Assembly (NCBI GenBank): GCA_040954595.2
Contig: CM082579.2
Span: 10,157,625 to 10,221,624 of the forward strand
Length of the DNA stretch: 64,000 bases
Direction: 5' to 3'
Source: Balanoglossus misakiensis
Taxonomy: Eukaryota; Animalia; Hemichordata
Position numbers and translations under genes: made by a program. Shown one piece after another: positions 39,267 to 52,997 of the stretch. The notes beneath the pieces were generated by a model. That model was not told where the DNA came from, did no database searches, and saw only the letters and a list, made by a program, of their open reading frames with translations. Each line of letters starts with the position of its first letter. Within the stretch, counting starts at the first letter, position 1.

Positions 39267-41571
39267 CTATTCGGATAATATTACAACATCGTCAGCATCG
39301 CTGTTTTTGTCTTCGTTGTCTTTTCTCTCTCTCGTTTTGACTTTCATGTGGTAACCACAGACGACACCTATGAGCATGAATATAACTACAAAGAGAGCGA
39401 TAATAAAAGCAACAAGTCCCTGTATCAGGGTGGAGGCTTGGCTGACGGTCAACGACAACCCCAAATCCTCGCCAACGACATCAATGCAGTTGGTCGGGAG
39501 GGCGGGACAGACACCTGACAGAGAAGGGATGTAGTTTAACCAGAAAGCGACATCAGCGGCCATCGGACGTTCTTCTGTCGTTGTAGGAGAATCCAATTCG
39601 ACAAATTCGTGATTGTCAGGTGTAAATTCGGACCAAGCAACATCTACTGGTTCACCGTTGTTGGGATTCCTGAAAGATGCAAGTAGTTCTAGTTTAGAAG
39701 ATATTATCGAGGCAGATGCCGTATTAGCCCACAACTTCGTTAAAATTCCATTAACGGTACACCACCCACGGAGGAATTACCACTTGTGTTCGATTCACGC
39801 TATCACAACAATTCTTAGAATTCCTCCCGTAATAACGTGTCAACTTCAATCAGTGATCACGGGCAAATCGGAAAGTGAGACAGGGCCATGGCAATTGATT
39901 TGTATGAAATATTGGCAAGAAACGACATTTCGACTCTTTTTAATTAGAACGAGTGGAATACAGTATATGGTTCATGTTAGTCATTCGCCTGAAAGTGACA
40001 AGACAAAGTTTGAAAATCGCATATGTATTAAAATACAAACAAAAAGCTTCTTACCCAGTTTTGGCAAAGTTTCCCCAATACTTCATGAGCGTGCTACTCA
40101 ACTCACGTTGCTCAGCTGTGTAGAGCGACGGCAGAAATAGCGGTGCTCCAAACAGATAGGCCAGTTCAGCGCCCTGGTGAGCACCTTCAAACCGAGCCGG
40201 CAAGAGACTGTCACCCTCGTACGAAAATTGGTACACAAAGGTGTTATAACCATTGTCCGTTAACCGGGCGTGTTTTCGGGCTGTTTCGATGGCGGGCGCC
40301 ACGTAAATTTGATCGCCATAGAACTTGAAAAGTTGCAGGAGTCGGCTGAAGTCACTGGAAACGTTTGACCAGTCAGTGTAGCGATCCAGCGCCGCATTCT
40401 TCACCAAATGCAGATTGTCTCCATACGGTCTCGTGCTGTAGGTCACGAAGTCTTCGAAATGGGGCGGTGTCAAACCCGGCGAAGCGGAAAAATCCGGTCT
40501 AGAATTCTGCAGCTTGGGGAGTAAATATAACGAATTTCCCTCGGCATTGGTGAAACCCATCATGTAATCATAGTTTGTAAAATTTGATCTTGACGACATT
40601 AGCATCTCTGGCTCCGATGGAAGAAAGTGGCCGTCAACGACGGGAAGGAAATTCCTGTTGAATAAGTCCAAAGGATTAGTGCCAGGGGTGTTGTCAATAA
40701 TTTCTTGCCAGGTCTTTGATCGAAGACAAGAAATCAAATGGCGGTGATCTTCTCTGCTGGCGCCGTCGCTGCAGTTCAGAGCCGATCCAAGTCGACGTGC
40801 CCAGTTAACAGGTTTATCAGCCACGTAAAAATTCGAAGGAACCCCACTTTGCGATACTCCTCTTCGAAAGAGTCCGTTACTTGTGGGTGAGAGTAGGTGC
40901 AATCCGACGCTAACGCCGCCCGTTGACTGGCCGAATAACGTGATCTTGTTAGGGTCGCCGCCAAAAGCGGCAGCGTTTTCCTTCACCCACCGAACGGCAA
41001 GTTGCTGGTCTAAAAGTCCGAAATTACCGGTCGCATAATTATCCATAGTACTGAGGAACCCCAGAGCGCCAAGGCGGTAATTGACCGTGGCGACGATGAC
41101 CCTCTGTGACGCTGCTATGACCGCTCCATCATACAATAACGTATTCCCAGCCGAGAAACCACCGCCATGAATGAAAATCATGACGGCCATGTCGGCGTTC
41201 TCTGGGCCGTCTGGCGTGAAGACATTTAGTGTTAAACAGTCTTCATCAATTCTCGTATGCGCCAAGATGTCTGCGGATGAATCAACCTCTGCTCGGTCCT
41301 GCGGACAAATATTTCCAAACTCGGTCGCGTTCAAAGTGTCGGCCCATGGCTCTATCGGCACGGGGGCGCGGAATCTTAAACGCCCAACAGGTGGTTTGGC
41401 GTAAGGAATACCAAGAAAAGTGCTCACATTGACGCCGAGGACATCGTTGGTCATGCCGCGTATGGAACCAGAACTCGTGCCCACTTCTTGCTGGCTACTG
41501 GTGAAGCAGAACACCGACGCCAGCAGGATCAAAACGTGTAGAAATTCCTTAAAAATGCCGCTCGATCTCAT
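39267..41571 (-). CDS. Type-B carboxylesterase/cholinesterase-family type I membrane protein, paralog A (~639 aa)
   Basis: Exons 41571-40055 and 39669-39267, with a phase-2 intron in NFAKTG^NPN. Signal peptide, FLGIPYAKPPVG, EDCLTLNV, HGGGF, FGQSTGG, NAEG, GAHQGAEL; hydrophobic TM segment LIQGLVAFIIALFVVIFMLIGVVCGY followed by a short charged tail. Confidence 0.92.
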
Positions 41572-42436
41572 CGTTGTAACGCTTCCTGGTGTGTACGCTC
41601 CTTATATCAGTATTGCGGCATGCAACACGCGAATTACCGGTAAATCGCTGTCGGTTCAGTGTTTTTCAAGCTTGGTTTCTCTCTCCAGGTGGCTTTGCCA
41701 AGTCCTAAAGAGGAGAAGATGACCGCCTATAAAGACCTACAAACGGGTGATATCCGACCGCGAAATCGCAGACAACCTTCCTCGTCCGCTTTCACTCTAG
41801 AAGTTGTGTGCGATCATCGATGCGAGATTACCGACCCAGAATAAACATTTAGTGCCAACGCCAAGAGCAGTGAACAATAGCGTGACCTTTGACATCGAAG
41901 GAAACAATAGAAACGAGCGGCTTAAGAAAGTGCCAATTAATTAACATGCAAAGACACAATAGGTCACTTTCTACGTGGCCCGCACGTTACAGTCATACCA
42001 AATGAATACACATGCGGCCCACATATCCCTTTCAATTACGTAATAAGGGCGAGGTTTTCCCTATGTCTTTTACATTGGTCACTGGGCGGAATTTTTCTCA
42101 GTCTGCGTTCAACAAAAAAGTTCAGCTGATGGACATTCATTTCTACAGTTCCGATAAAATAGTTTCGGCCAAACGAATCCCCTACCTGTGGTCAAACAAG
42201 ATGTGAGCGTGAAATTCGTGATTTTGTTTGTCGCAGACACGCATTGTAAATTCGGAGTATCATGCATGACTTCATTATAATTAGTGGCTTTCGGTAATAG
42301 GGATTAGAAGCTATGGGTGAGGTAATTACCATACACAAGCATATCTTCTGTCACAACCCTGTGGCTGACTTCTACTTCTGTCTAATCCAAGTCAAACCGA
42401 ATTCACTGACACTGTGCTGTGTTTTGAGTGAGTGAG

Positions 42437-42442
42437 CGTGTA

Positions 42443-42518
<76 letters not shown>

Positions 42519-42543
42519 TGTGTATGTGTGTGTGTGTGTGTGT
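42437..42543 (+). repeat. (TG)n microsatellite
   Basis: Read directly. Confidence 0.97.
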
Positions 42544-43609
42544 TGGGGGCGGCATCGATATCATCAATGTACAGAGAACAAGGACTCAGCGATATCCAGG
42601 GACGACGAGAGAGTATTTGGAATCAAAATAATAACTTTCTGCATATACAGACTGAAATGTACGTTGGAATATTGTATAGTAGGTTAAAATAATGAAATGT
42701 CACACAATGGTTATTTTGTCATTGATAAGAAAAATTACAAGGCGAAGTTAAGTGTTTTTCCCCTCACATGACTATTGTGATTGTTTGTTGACGACATTAT
42801 CAGGATTACGTCAACATGACATGACATAGATTCAACGTAGTTCATAAAGTTTTACAAGATTTATTTATCGTCAAACATCCATGGTTATAACTCATGCTTC
42901 TTGATGATTAACCACTAGGATTATATTGTATTCAATTAGTTTCCTTAAACGATTAAAACAATTATTATGTCAACATCAAAAACTTATATTATATTACACA
43001 CCAGCAATACATGTAATACTATAATGTGACCCTTGAGTATATTGCCATAAAACTAATAAAACACACCTCGTGGGATTTAAACGATTGACAAATGATTGTT
43101 CTATTGCATAACGTCCATTAACTATAATGTGACGTTAGAGTATATCACCATACAAAAAAACTTTAACACAGCTCTGTGATTGGAACAATCGATAAAATAC
43201 AGTGTTATGACTCAATATGTTATAGTTTTCCAGTACTCATATGTTGTATCATTTCTGTCCACCAGTACATATTAACGAGGTGTGTAGCCACTTCGAAAAA
43301 ACACCGTTTTAAGGTGGCAGTCCATATTATACCTGCACGACCACATATGCTCATATATAAAAAACCGACTGTTTTAAAAACGTCTGGTTACTTTTTTTTA
43401 AACGTATGCATACGTTAGCACGGCAAAAAATCTGGTTGTGGTATTACATCATTGAAAATGGGTGTCGCTGTGAGTATACTTCCTTGACAAACAAATGTTA
43501 CTTTTATATTTTTAATTATGTATTGAATCAAACGTGATCATTTAAGATTCTTCGGGAACTGATGTACATGTAGTCAAGTGAAATTCGATTTTTGATGGTC
43601 GTTCACCTT

Positions 43610-45957
43610 TTAACCAAAGCGTGTGTCAGTGATTTCGTCATAACAGTTATTATCTTTGTCAGTACCGTTGTCAGTAATTTTACCGTTGTCGATAGAAGAC
43701 TGGACCTTTTCCAGGCGTTCGGTCATCCCTTTCAGTTTTTGATATTTTTTTCTAACAGACCTTACTTTCAACACATACCCATAGAGGGCGCCCAACACCA
43801 TGGCCAGAATAAACAACAGAAGGATGATGGCAGCAATAAAACCTTTGAGTAGTTTGGTGACAGCACTGTCGGTTAGATACAACCCCAAATCTTCACCAAA
43901 GATGCATTTCTCTGGCTCAGGGGTAGTAGGCCACGTGACAGCTCCAAGTCTTGGAACGTAGTTCAACCAGAAAGCAACATCTTCGGCTTTGGGACGTTCC
44001 CCGATGGTCACCTCTTTGTTTAAATCCACGTACTTCTGATCTTCTACGGTGTATAAAGGCCACGACACGTTTACATCCTCTCCGATATTGGGGTTTCTGG
44101 AAAGCAAGTCGAATACTGCTTAGAACTGATATCATAGAATGTAATTTGCCTCATTCTCTGAGAATAAAAATTCCCCCATAGTGTCATCGAGCTCATACTC
44201 GCATTGAAGGATCTCAAGTGAACGCATGCCAAGTTCAGACGTCACCGAACTCAGATTGAAGTACATGTACATAAATGCGTAAAAGACAAACGAACTCTAC
44301 CCGCACTTGTAAGACCGTTTAGTTTGTCATGGTTCCAGCTAATCCTATATATGGATTATCTTCCGTTAATACACAATGAATTACTTTGCACTTGACCTGG
44401 TTTTCGCATGATTAAAGTTTAGCATGGTGAAATCTGACTATGCAGTATTACTCACCCTGTTTTTGCAAAATTGGTCCAATATTTCATCACCGTGCTGCTA
44501 AAATCACGTTGTTCATCTGAGTACAAGGGAGATTGAAGTAGGTTTTCAAAGACATATTGCAGGTCATCTGCATGGGGGACACCTCTTAACCACTCCGGGT
44601 AGACGGGGTCACCGCTGTCGTATGAAATCTGGTAAACATAGGTGACATGGTCACCCTTGGTGAACTTGGAATGTTTACGCGCCGCATCGATGGTTGGTGA
44701 CATGAATAATTGATCGCCCATAAATTTGAAGTAGTTGAGAAGTCTGCTGAGGTCACTGGATGGGTCAGACCAGTCCGTGTAGTGATTGAAAATAGCATCG
44801 AGAATCAGATTGAAATCGTCCTCGTAATATGGAGTCACACAATCTCTGATGAGTTGCTGAAATTGGTCTTCTGTCAGGCCGGGCGATAGAGTTAGATTTG
44901 CTACAAAATCGTGAAAGTGCTGGAACCTGTATATGTATTTCCCCTCGTTGCTGTTGAAACCTAGCAGGTAGTCGTAGTTTGAAAAATTCGAATTTGAGAC
45001 CATCGCCATTTCTGGTTTCGCTTCGACAAAGTGGCCATCTACTACGGGAGCAAACTGCCTCAACCATACGTCGGAACTCTCAACGTCAGGAGTGTTATCA
45101 ACAATTTCTTGCCATGGTTTAGACTTGAGACAGGATATTAATTGGCGATGGTTCTCTCTGCTCGTACAGTTCAAAGCTGACCCAAGTCGACGTGCCCAAT
45201 ATACTGGTTTATCAGCCATGTACAAACTCGAAGGAATGCCGCTTTGCGATATTCCTCTTTGAAAGAGCCCGTTATTTGTTGGCGACAATAACTGAAATCC
45301 AACACTCATACCTCCAGCTGACTGGCCGAATAACGTGATCTTGTTAGGGTCTCCACCAAAAGCAGCAATGTTGTCCTTTACCCATCGAACGGCAAGTTGT
45401 TGGTCTAAAAGACCAAAATTACCGGTGGAATATTTGTCCATAGTACTGAGGAAACCAAAAGCTCCTAGGCGGTAATTAATTGTGATGATAATAACATTAT
45501 GAAATGCTGCTAACAACGTTCCATCATACAACATCGTTGTTCCGCTAACAAATCCGCCTCCGTGTATGAAAACCATCACTGCTAAATCAACACTGTCCAT
45601 ATCGGCTGGTTTGAAGATATTGAGTGTCAAACAGTCTTCATCAATTCGTGTGTGCTGTATTAAATCCTTAAATCTATCGACTGACGTCTGCTTTTGTGGA
45701 CAAATAGTTCCAAACTCAGTGGCGTTCAAAGTGTCAGCCCATGGCTCTATCGGCACAGGGGCGCGGAATCTAAAAATTCCAACAGGTGGTTTAGCGTAAG
45801 GAATGCCAAGAAAAGTGCTCACATTTACACCAAGGATATCGTTGGTCGTTCCGCGGATGGGACCAGAATTCGTACCCACTTCAGGCTGGCTCTTCATAGG
45901 ATCGAACAATGGCAGCAGCGCCCACAAGACCAAAGTTAATCTTCTGTAGTCGGCCAT
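43610..45957 (-). CDS. Type-B carboxylesterase/cholinesterase-family type I membrane protein, paralog B (~662 aa)
   Basis: Exons 45957-44456 and 44096-43610, same intron position as paralog A. Signal peptide, FGQSAGG, NSNEG and GVPHADDL (complete Ser-Glu-His triad); TM segment GFIAAIILLLFILAMVLGALYGYVL and a ~50-aa cytoplasmic tail. Confidence 0.93.
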
Positions 45958-46934
45958 ATTGGAAAGTGTTTCCTTAATTAAGTGACTTTCAGCTCAATAT
46001 GTGGCACCGTTGGCACAAATTTCGCAGCAGCTCAAAATTATCTTCTGATATCTTTAATATGTCGAAATATTCTTCCCGAAAGGTTGGAAGTTCCAAGTGA
46101 ACCTGACGGTAGTCGTTTTGGTGGGTAACACCGAAAACAAATATTGGGGATGTGTACCAATGCAACGCGTCCTTACTTCTGACAGCTTACCTGTCACTAC
46201 CGCATAAGTAGTCAAGATCATTTATCAAGCCTAGTCCGATATTCTCTGACAGATAAAACAAGGCGAGTACAAAGCTATGCCCGTCTAGATTAAACAAGCG
46301 ATCCAGCGGCCAAAACTGCTCTGCAGTGATACTTTTCATTGTAGAAATTATGCTTCAGATTTAAATGATGCACTTCTCTTCAGACTTGGACAAAGTAGAC
46401 ACATGAAAGATTAAAAGGCAAATTTGAGAGGCCATGAAAATATTCTGATGTAAAAAATTGTCACAATTCCAACATATCAGACTCAGATCATCGCAGGGAG
46501 TTTCCCACATAAGTTCAAAAAGACCAGACAGTTGCATTCTATTTCAGCAACGTCCGGCTCCTCTATATTCTGCAGATCGATTGCATTTCCCGCAAGCTTT
46601 ATTAAAAGAACGGCTTTCGCGGCAACTTTCCTCTAGCTTTGAGAAACTCAGTAAAAAAGTTCGGTGACTTCAGTCGCTTCAGGTCGCCGCGCTCAAATTT
46701 CCGCGCCGCAAATTGTCAACAGGTCTGCTGTGTATATATTTCTGGCCGTACCAACAGCGCCCTCGTATGGTATTTAACCCAAAATCTTTCGTTTTCATTC
46801 ATCTCGAATATCGCGTATTTGACCAAACTTTTCTAAAATCACCAATCGAAACCTGCGTAGAACATTCCAAAGTAATCGACATGTTGCAAGTGGATTTCGA
46901 TATTTATACTAAAAAATCAAAAATAAACCCTAGA

Positions 46935-47575
46935 ATACAAACACGCAAATTTTAATACAATTTGAACAAAGTTCACTTAGATCACCCCTACTTGGACCAG
47001 TAGTTTCGCTGGCCAGACCCAGCTATGTCCTTCGCCGCTCGTGGCGCACTTCGTGTGCCTATGCCGTCGAAGCAGCGAAATCTGGCCCAGCGGCACTATC
47101 ACTCAAGTGGCCCCAGAAAAATATTTTTTTTTACCAAAACGGCAAATATTCCCCCCAAAAGTACAAATTTCCAAATTTCAACAAAAATGTATTAAAGTCA
47201 CCAGCAATCGGACCAATGGTTTCAGTGAAATTGCGAAGAGGATTGTGTTACCAAAAGGGGCAAAAAATTGCCCCCCCCCCCCAAATAAAAATACATGTAT
47301 ATGCAAACTTTACCCCAATTTGAACAAACTTTACTAAGGTCACCCATAGCAACATACATACCAAAATTTCAAGTGATTGCAATAGCGGTTTCAGAAAGAA
47401 AGATTGTTCTACCAAAACCTGCGCCAAAGTACAACTATGATGCAAATTCCACCAATTACAACAAAACATGAACCAAAGTCACCCCTAGGAACCTAAGAAG
47501 ACAAGTGTAAACGGACGCTGGGCGGTGGCTGACACCATCTCTACTTGACAAGCTTCACGTCGCTGACAGCGGACC
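46935..47575 (+). mobile_element. Degraded interspersed repeat with internal direct repeats (Helentron-associated/HINE-like)
   Basis: Recurring AATTTGAACAAA...TCACCC and CCAAA(A)TTTCA motifs and an ACGGACG near the end, similar in design to 63502-63983. Boundaries are approximate. Confidence 0.35.
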
Positions 47576-47707
47576 CTAACATCGGGAATGAGAGTGATGG
47601 GGTCGAGCAATGACTATTACTCTGCGTATGATTAGATTCAAATTTAAGAATGATAGCGGGGGGTTTGTAGACTTGCCGATAAAGGACGTAGTTGACTGAA
47701 AAGTACG

Positions 47708-47888
47708 TACATACATACATACATACATACATACATACATACATACATACATACATACATACATACATACATACATACATACATACATACATACATACAT
47801 ACATACATACATACATACATACATACATACATACATACATACATACATACATACATACATACATACATACATACATACATACATACAT

Positions 47889-47956
<68 letters not shown>
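47708..47956 (+). repeat. (TACA)n followed by (CA)n microsatellite
   Basis: Read directly. Confidence 0.97.
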
Positions 47957-47960
<4 letters not shown>

Positions 47961-49935
47961 GCGTTTGATATGGCTTGCGAGTACTCGGCCAAGACACCTT
48001 CGTTTGAGGACGCGTATTTCCCATGGCACTACAGACCTAAGGCTTTGTGGAATGCTAATTGTCACTTATGATATTATTTTAATCTATTCGTTTTTTAAAA
48101 ACACTCGCAATTTAGAAAACCTGCCACTGTGTATTCATTTGAGGACCACAAATGTATGTCTTTGGGGGACCTGAAGTTACGAGTGCATTTCTATTCTTTC
48201 GAGGTTCAGCGATGAACCTATGCATGTCTATTCATTTGAGGACTCCTGATGGATGTATGTTGAAGAGCATCTGTGGCTAATGGGAAACAAGCTGTTCTTT
48301 CTGATGACTAGTTAGGAGATTGAAGTTTCCTGTACGGTATTTAGCAAGACAGCTTACATACAATAAGTAACGTCAAATGACTGAATGCATGTAAAACCAA
48401 TAATTCAAGCACATTTGTTGAAAACTGACCATAGTTTATGTAAATGTTTGTACAAAATTGCGTTAATCAGTAAGTTAATTGGCTTCAGCTCTTTTCAATT
48501 TTGGAATATAATTTATGAACTAATTTATGAACATACATACATACATACACACATACATACATATAATGTACATACAGTACATACATACATACATATATAT
48601 ACATACATACACATCTTCTGCTCTACAACTCCCATTTTTCATACATTTTATGACAAATGGGGTCAATAGATGGCTGTGATTGTGACATTATGCAGAGGAC
48701 AGTGGTGGTGAAGGTATGAAAGATAACTGTACATGTATTTTGATACTGTATTGGAAAGCGAAAGATGACATTGATTGTGACACTTTGTAGTGTGCAGTGA
48801 TTGACAGTATGAAAGATATGTGATGACATGGAAAATGGTGATATCCTGTGATATCCTGAAGTTTGCAAAAGAAAATTTAACATTAAAATCTGTCATTTTC
48901 AACAGAAAACAATTTCCCTTTTCTTTTATACAGTGGACAAGTACAGCTTACAGCAGAGGCTGCTTGACAAAGGACAGGGTTGTTGGCTGCAGTCAGTCCC
49001 CCAAGTAAATTAAGTTTGGAAATAAAAAAGGGTTGTTAATATTCACAAAACCTGTGTGTTAATATCTTCTGTTATTTAAAAAAGATCCACTAGACTTTAC
49101 CTTAACATGCCATGGTATAAATCAGACTGAATCAATATAGGACACTACCAGTACTATGTGTGCATGCTTGGTATTGAAATTGACAACTGCAATCCCTTTC
49201 TGAACATTAGAACATGTTTATTTCTACCTACATGAGACATGCAAGGGAAACATTTGTTGTAAATATAAAACAAAGCTAACACAATCCAAGTAAAAATGTT
49301 CAACAATGGGCTTCATGTCAGTTAGCTAGATCTAGCTCTATGTTGGTTGAATGGTGTAATTACTGCCACTCATGAAAAAGACTGATTCTTTTTATCAAAT
49401 CGAAGTATCACTACATGTTGTAATCACTACAGAGAAGGTTCAATATGACTGCCTTCTGATTGCCATTGGTGAGAAAGGATTAACTATAAGCATGACTGAT
49501 TGTGTTTCTTGAATATGTTGCTGGTAATTTTTCCTGCAAATCAAAAATGTAATGTCTCTGAATTCTCTATTTTGTTGTGGCATTGTTATAAAAACCTTTA
49601 AATGATGCCCAGAAATATAACAAGATGATACAAGATAACTCCTTAAAATTTTAAAATACTGGACAAAAAAGTTGCAGGATAATATACAGTACAGTTGTTC
49701 ATTAAATGGTCAGAACGACTGTGCCTGTAATAAACACTTCAAAAAGCTTTAAAAGCAAACATTCAGTTTTCAAACAGCTACCACATGCATATGCAAAGAC
49801 TTTAAATCAGACCAGACAAAAGTAACATGGAATATTCAGACTGATGTTTCTGTCATTATAGTTCTCCTGCTATTAATCCTGCATACAACTCATGGTAATA
49901 GAACTGAGGAACTGACTTAATGACTGTGTCATCTG

Positions 49936-51060
49936 ACCAAAGAAATGTCATGATCTTTGTATTTTACTTTTGATCAAAGTAGAAGATGCTTCTGTTGCTT
50001 TGCACATATATGACCTAGCTAATTTGAATTCAATCCTAGATATGAGGCAGTACATTTGTACAAGGCAATTCAATGTGATGACAGACCTCCATGACCTCAG
50101 CATGAGATCTGTGGTGTACTCAAGTTATTTTCACAATAGATGCATTGATATCCTTTGGTAGTACACTTTACAAGTGAGACAAATGAAAGTACAGTAAAAC
50201 CTGTCTAAACCGAACACCAAAGGGACTGGAGAAATTGTTCGGTTTGCGGAGGTGTCCAGTTTATATCTTCTTTTAACATGTGGTTATATGTTAAAGGGCG
50301 ACTGGAAAATGTGTTCAACATAGACAGGTTTCCAGATTACACAGGGTTCGGTTTAGACAGGTTTTACTGTACAACATAACACATCACAACATGGGGTGAA
50401 AATAACTTTAGTACCCCAGAGATCCATCAACCTTGTCACGATTGCGTCCAGACTGTAACCATGGCGATGTATGATTACACAAAATGACACAGCATCGCTT
50501 CTGAACCTACTGTTATCATCTTATTTGTGAGAGTATATGAAATAATAACAGAACTCCATGACAAGTGGCAAGTGATCTCTGGGGTACTAAAGTTATTTTC
50601 ACCCCATGTTGTGATGTGTTATGTTGTACAGTAAAACCTGTCTAAACCGAACCCTGTGTAATCTGGAAACCTGTCTATGTCGAACACATTTTCCAGTCCC
50701 TTTAACATATAACCACACGTTAATAGAAGATATAAACTGGACACCTCCGCAAACCGAACAATTTCTCCAGTCCATTTGGTGTTCGGTTTAGACAGGTTTT
50801 ACTGTACTTTCATTTGTCTCACTTGTAAAGTGTACTACCAAAGGATATCAATGCATCTATTGTGAAAATAACTTGAGTACACCACAGATCTCATGCTGAG
50901 GTCATGGAGGTCTGTCATCACATTGAATTGCCTTGTACAAATGTACTGCCTCATATCTAGCATTGAATTCAAATTAGCTAGGTCATACATGTGCAAAGCA
51001 ACAGAAGCATCTTCTACTTTGATCAAAAGTAAAATACCAAGATCATGACATTTCTTTGGT
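49936..51060. repeat. Long near-perfect inverted repeat: arms 49936-50424 and 50574-51060, 149-bp spacer
   Basis: The arms are reverse complements over ~490 bp with only scattered differences; the same 63-aa ORF appears on opposite strands (49970+ and 51026-). Confidence 0.93.
50190..50371. mobile_element. TA-flanked CAGT-type MITE (Tc1/mariner/pogo-like), mirrored at 50627-50806
   Basis: TACAGTAAAACCTGTCTAAACCGAAC ... GTTCGGTTTAGACAGGTTTTACTGTA: perfect 26-bp inverted ends. Confidence 0.85.
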
Positions 51061-52336
51061 TGAGGTCTGTGAGCTGATTATCACCGATATACTAGCACTT
51101 AAATGTATGAATTTCTCTTGATAACAAAGTAAGTTTTCAGCATAAATTTCAATGTAACGTCTCTGACGTTACGAACGTACTGAAATAGTCAAGTAAAATG
51201 ATACTTTCTTCATTCAAAGTTATGATAAAAGGTTGACACCTATCTCTGACTGAATCAGAATATTTGTGGTCTATCTTTGATATGTTCTCACTGAAGCATG
51301 CATATATAAGACACTGCTGATGCCACCATTTACATGTAACTGCTAAACAAATATTTCCCTGGTACAGGAGTCTAGTCTATTTTACATTGAAGCATGGGCT
51401 AATAAGTAAACCACTGCTAAATAGCTATAAAAAACAACAAAAACACACTGTTACGTGTCCAAAGTGGAAAATACAACTGCTATAATCACCTAAATCCTAA
51501 TCAGCTGTATTATTGTTTTTGCATTACTTACATGATTCTTATTTTGAATCTGAGTGTTTTATCAACACATGTACTTATCAAACAAGTTTGCAAATGTGGA
51601 TTGCGAGGAAACATGCACATTTGAATGCAAAAATAGGAAGCCAATCCTACATGGGTAGTGAATCGTCAAAGCCTACAAGTGTGAGCTAAACTTCACAAAC
51701 TTTGAGCTGACATTCATTTACCTAAGTGACATCCACATTGGTCAAAAAGCTGACCAATTATTAGTACTACATATCTTAGTCACTGTTTCATGTTCTTAAT
51801 CCAAAATTAAAAAGATCCACAAGCTTGCAAATCATATCTGTAGCACATTTGTCATCCCTATTTGTCTGAATAGAGGTCCAACTTCACTATAGGCAACAAT
51901 GGATTTGGACTACAAAATGGTGGTATTGTGGTAAAAGGATTAGAATACACAGTGGGGCTTTGAAATCATCAAATACAGTTGACTGAACAACTGCAGATTC
52001 CACTACTTCCTAGAATAATTTTGTATTTTCAGTAGTCGCCATTTCAAGTCGAAACAGCCTACACTTCATGTACGTAGTCACATACAGCTATGTGTAGTTT
52101 TGTTAAATGTTGATGGAACACAGACATATTTTATGGACCAACATGAAATTAAATATCAACAGTCTAAAAATCTACATAAAAGGCTGGGTCAAAATTGATA
52201 AATTGAAAAATGATCATTTCAAGCAGAAAACGGTTGATACATGTACTGGAATATGCCTTGACCATCCTTTCAACTGATCACTTGATCATTAAACCATGAC
52301 TTTGCACCTATAAGTTTTTAATTAAGTGTTTGACTT

Positions 52337-52484
52337 ACATACATACATGTACATACATACATACATAGATACATGTAGATAGATAGATGCATACATACAT
52401 ACATACATACATACATACATACATACATACATACATACATACATACATACATACATACATACATACATACATACATACATACAT

Positions 52485-52515
<31 letters not shown>

Positions 52516-52652
52516 TACATACATACATACATACATACATACATACATACATACATACATACATACATACATACATACATACATACATACATACATACAT
52601 ACATACATACATACATACATACATACATACATACATACATACATACATACAT
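52337..52652 (+). repeat. (TACA)n microsatellite with CA and GATA interruptions
   Basis: Read directly. Confidence 0.97.
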
Positions 52653-52852
52653 TTTTATTGTACGATGTGATTCATTGCATTATCAAAAAATAATAAGATT
52701 TTCAATCAATTTCTTCAGTCTCTTTTTCATCTCTAATGGCAGTTTTGTTTCGACAGTGTCTAAAGCGGTTAATTTTGGCTGTGATTTTATGGGTCTCTTC
52801 TTTCAAAAGCATCCCTCTGAAAAGCGAGTACATCTGGCTCTCCTGTTTCTTC

Positions 52853-52854
<2 letters not shown>

Positions 52855-52931
<77 letters not shown>

Positions 52932-52997
52932 GAGAGTGATAGTGAGGAGGGAGAGAGAGAGAGAGAGGAAGGGGAGGGAGGGAGAGAGAGAGAGAGA
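52855..52997 (+). repeat. (GA)n microsatellite
   Basis: Read directly. Confidence 0.95.

Noticed and set aside
39613-41844. Plus-strand ORFs overlapping the esterase genes (also 43592-44181 and 45566-45939)
   Set aside because: Antisense shadows of GC-richer coding sequence, with no independent motifs.
39267-45957. Calling the esterases neuroligin or acetylcholinesterase
   Set aside because: The catalytic Ser is retained and there is no recognisable neuroligin PDZ-binding tail. The FGESAG motif and the choline-binding Trp in the first Cys loop, typical of AChE/BChE, are absent. Left as unnamed family members.
47541-48174. Long CMYV / HTYI ORFs (also 52318-53136 and 42428-42692)
   Set aside because: Artefacts of (TACA)n, (CA)n, (TG)n and (GA)n microsatellites, which lack stop codons.
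49970-51026. Two near-identical 63-aa ORFs on opposite strands
   Set aside because: A by-product of the inverted duplication; TTG start, no splice or homology support.
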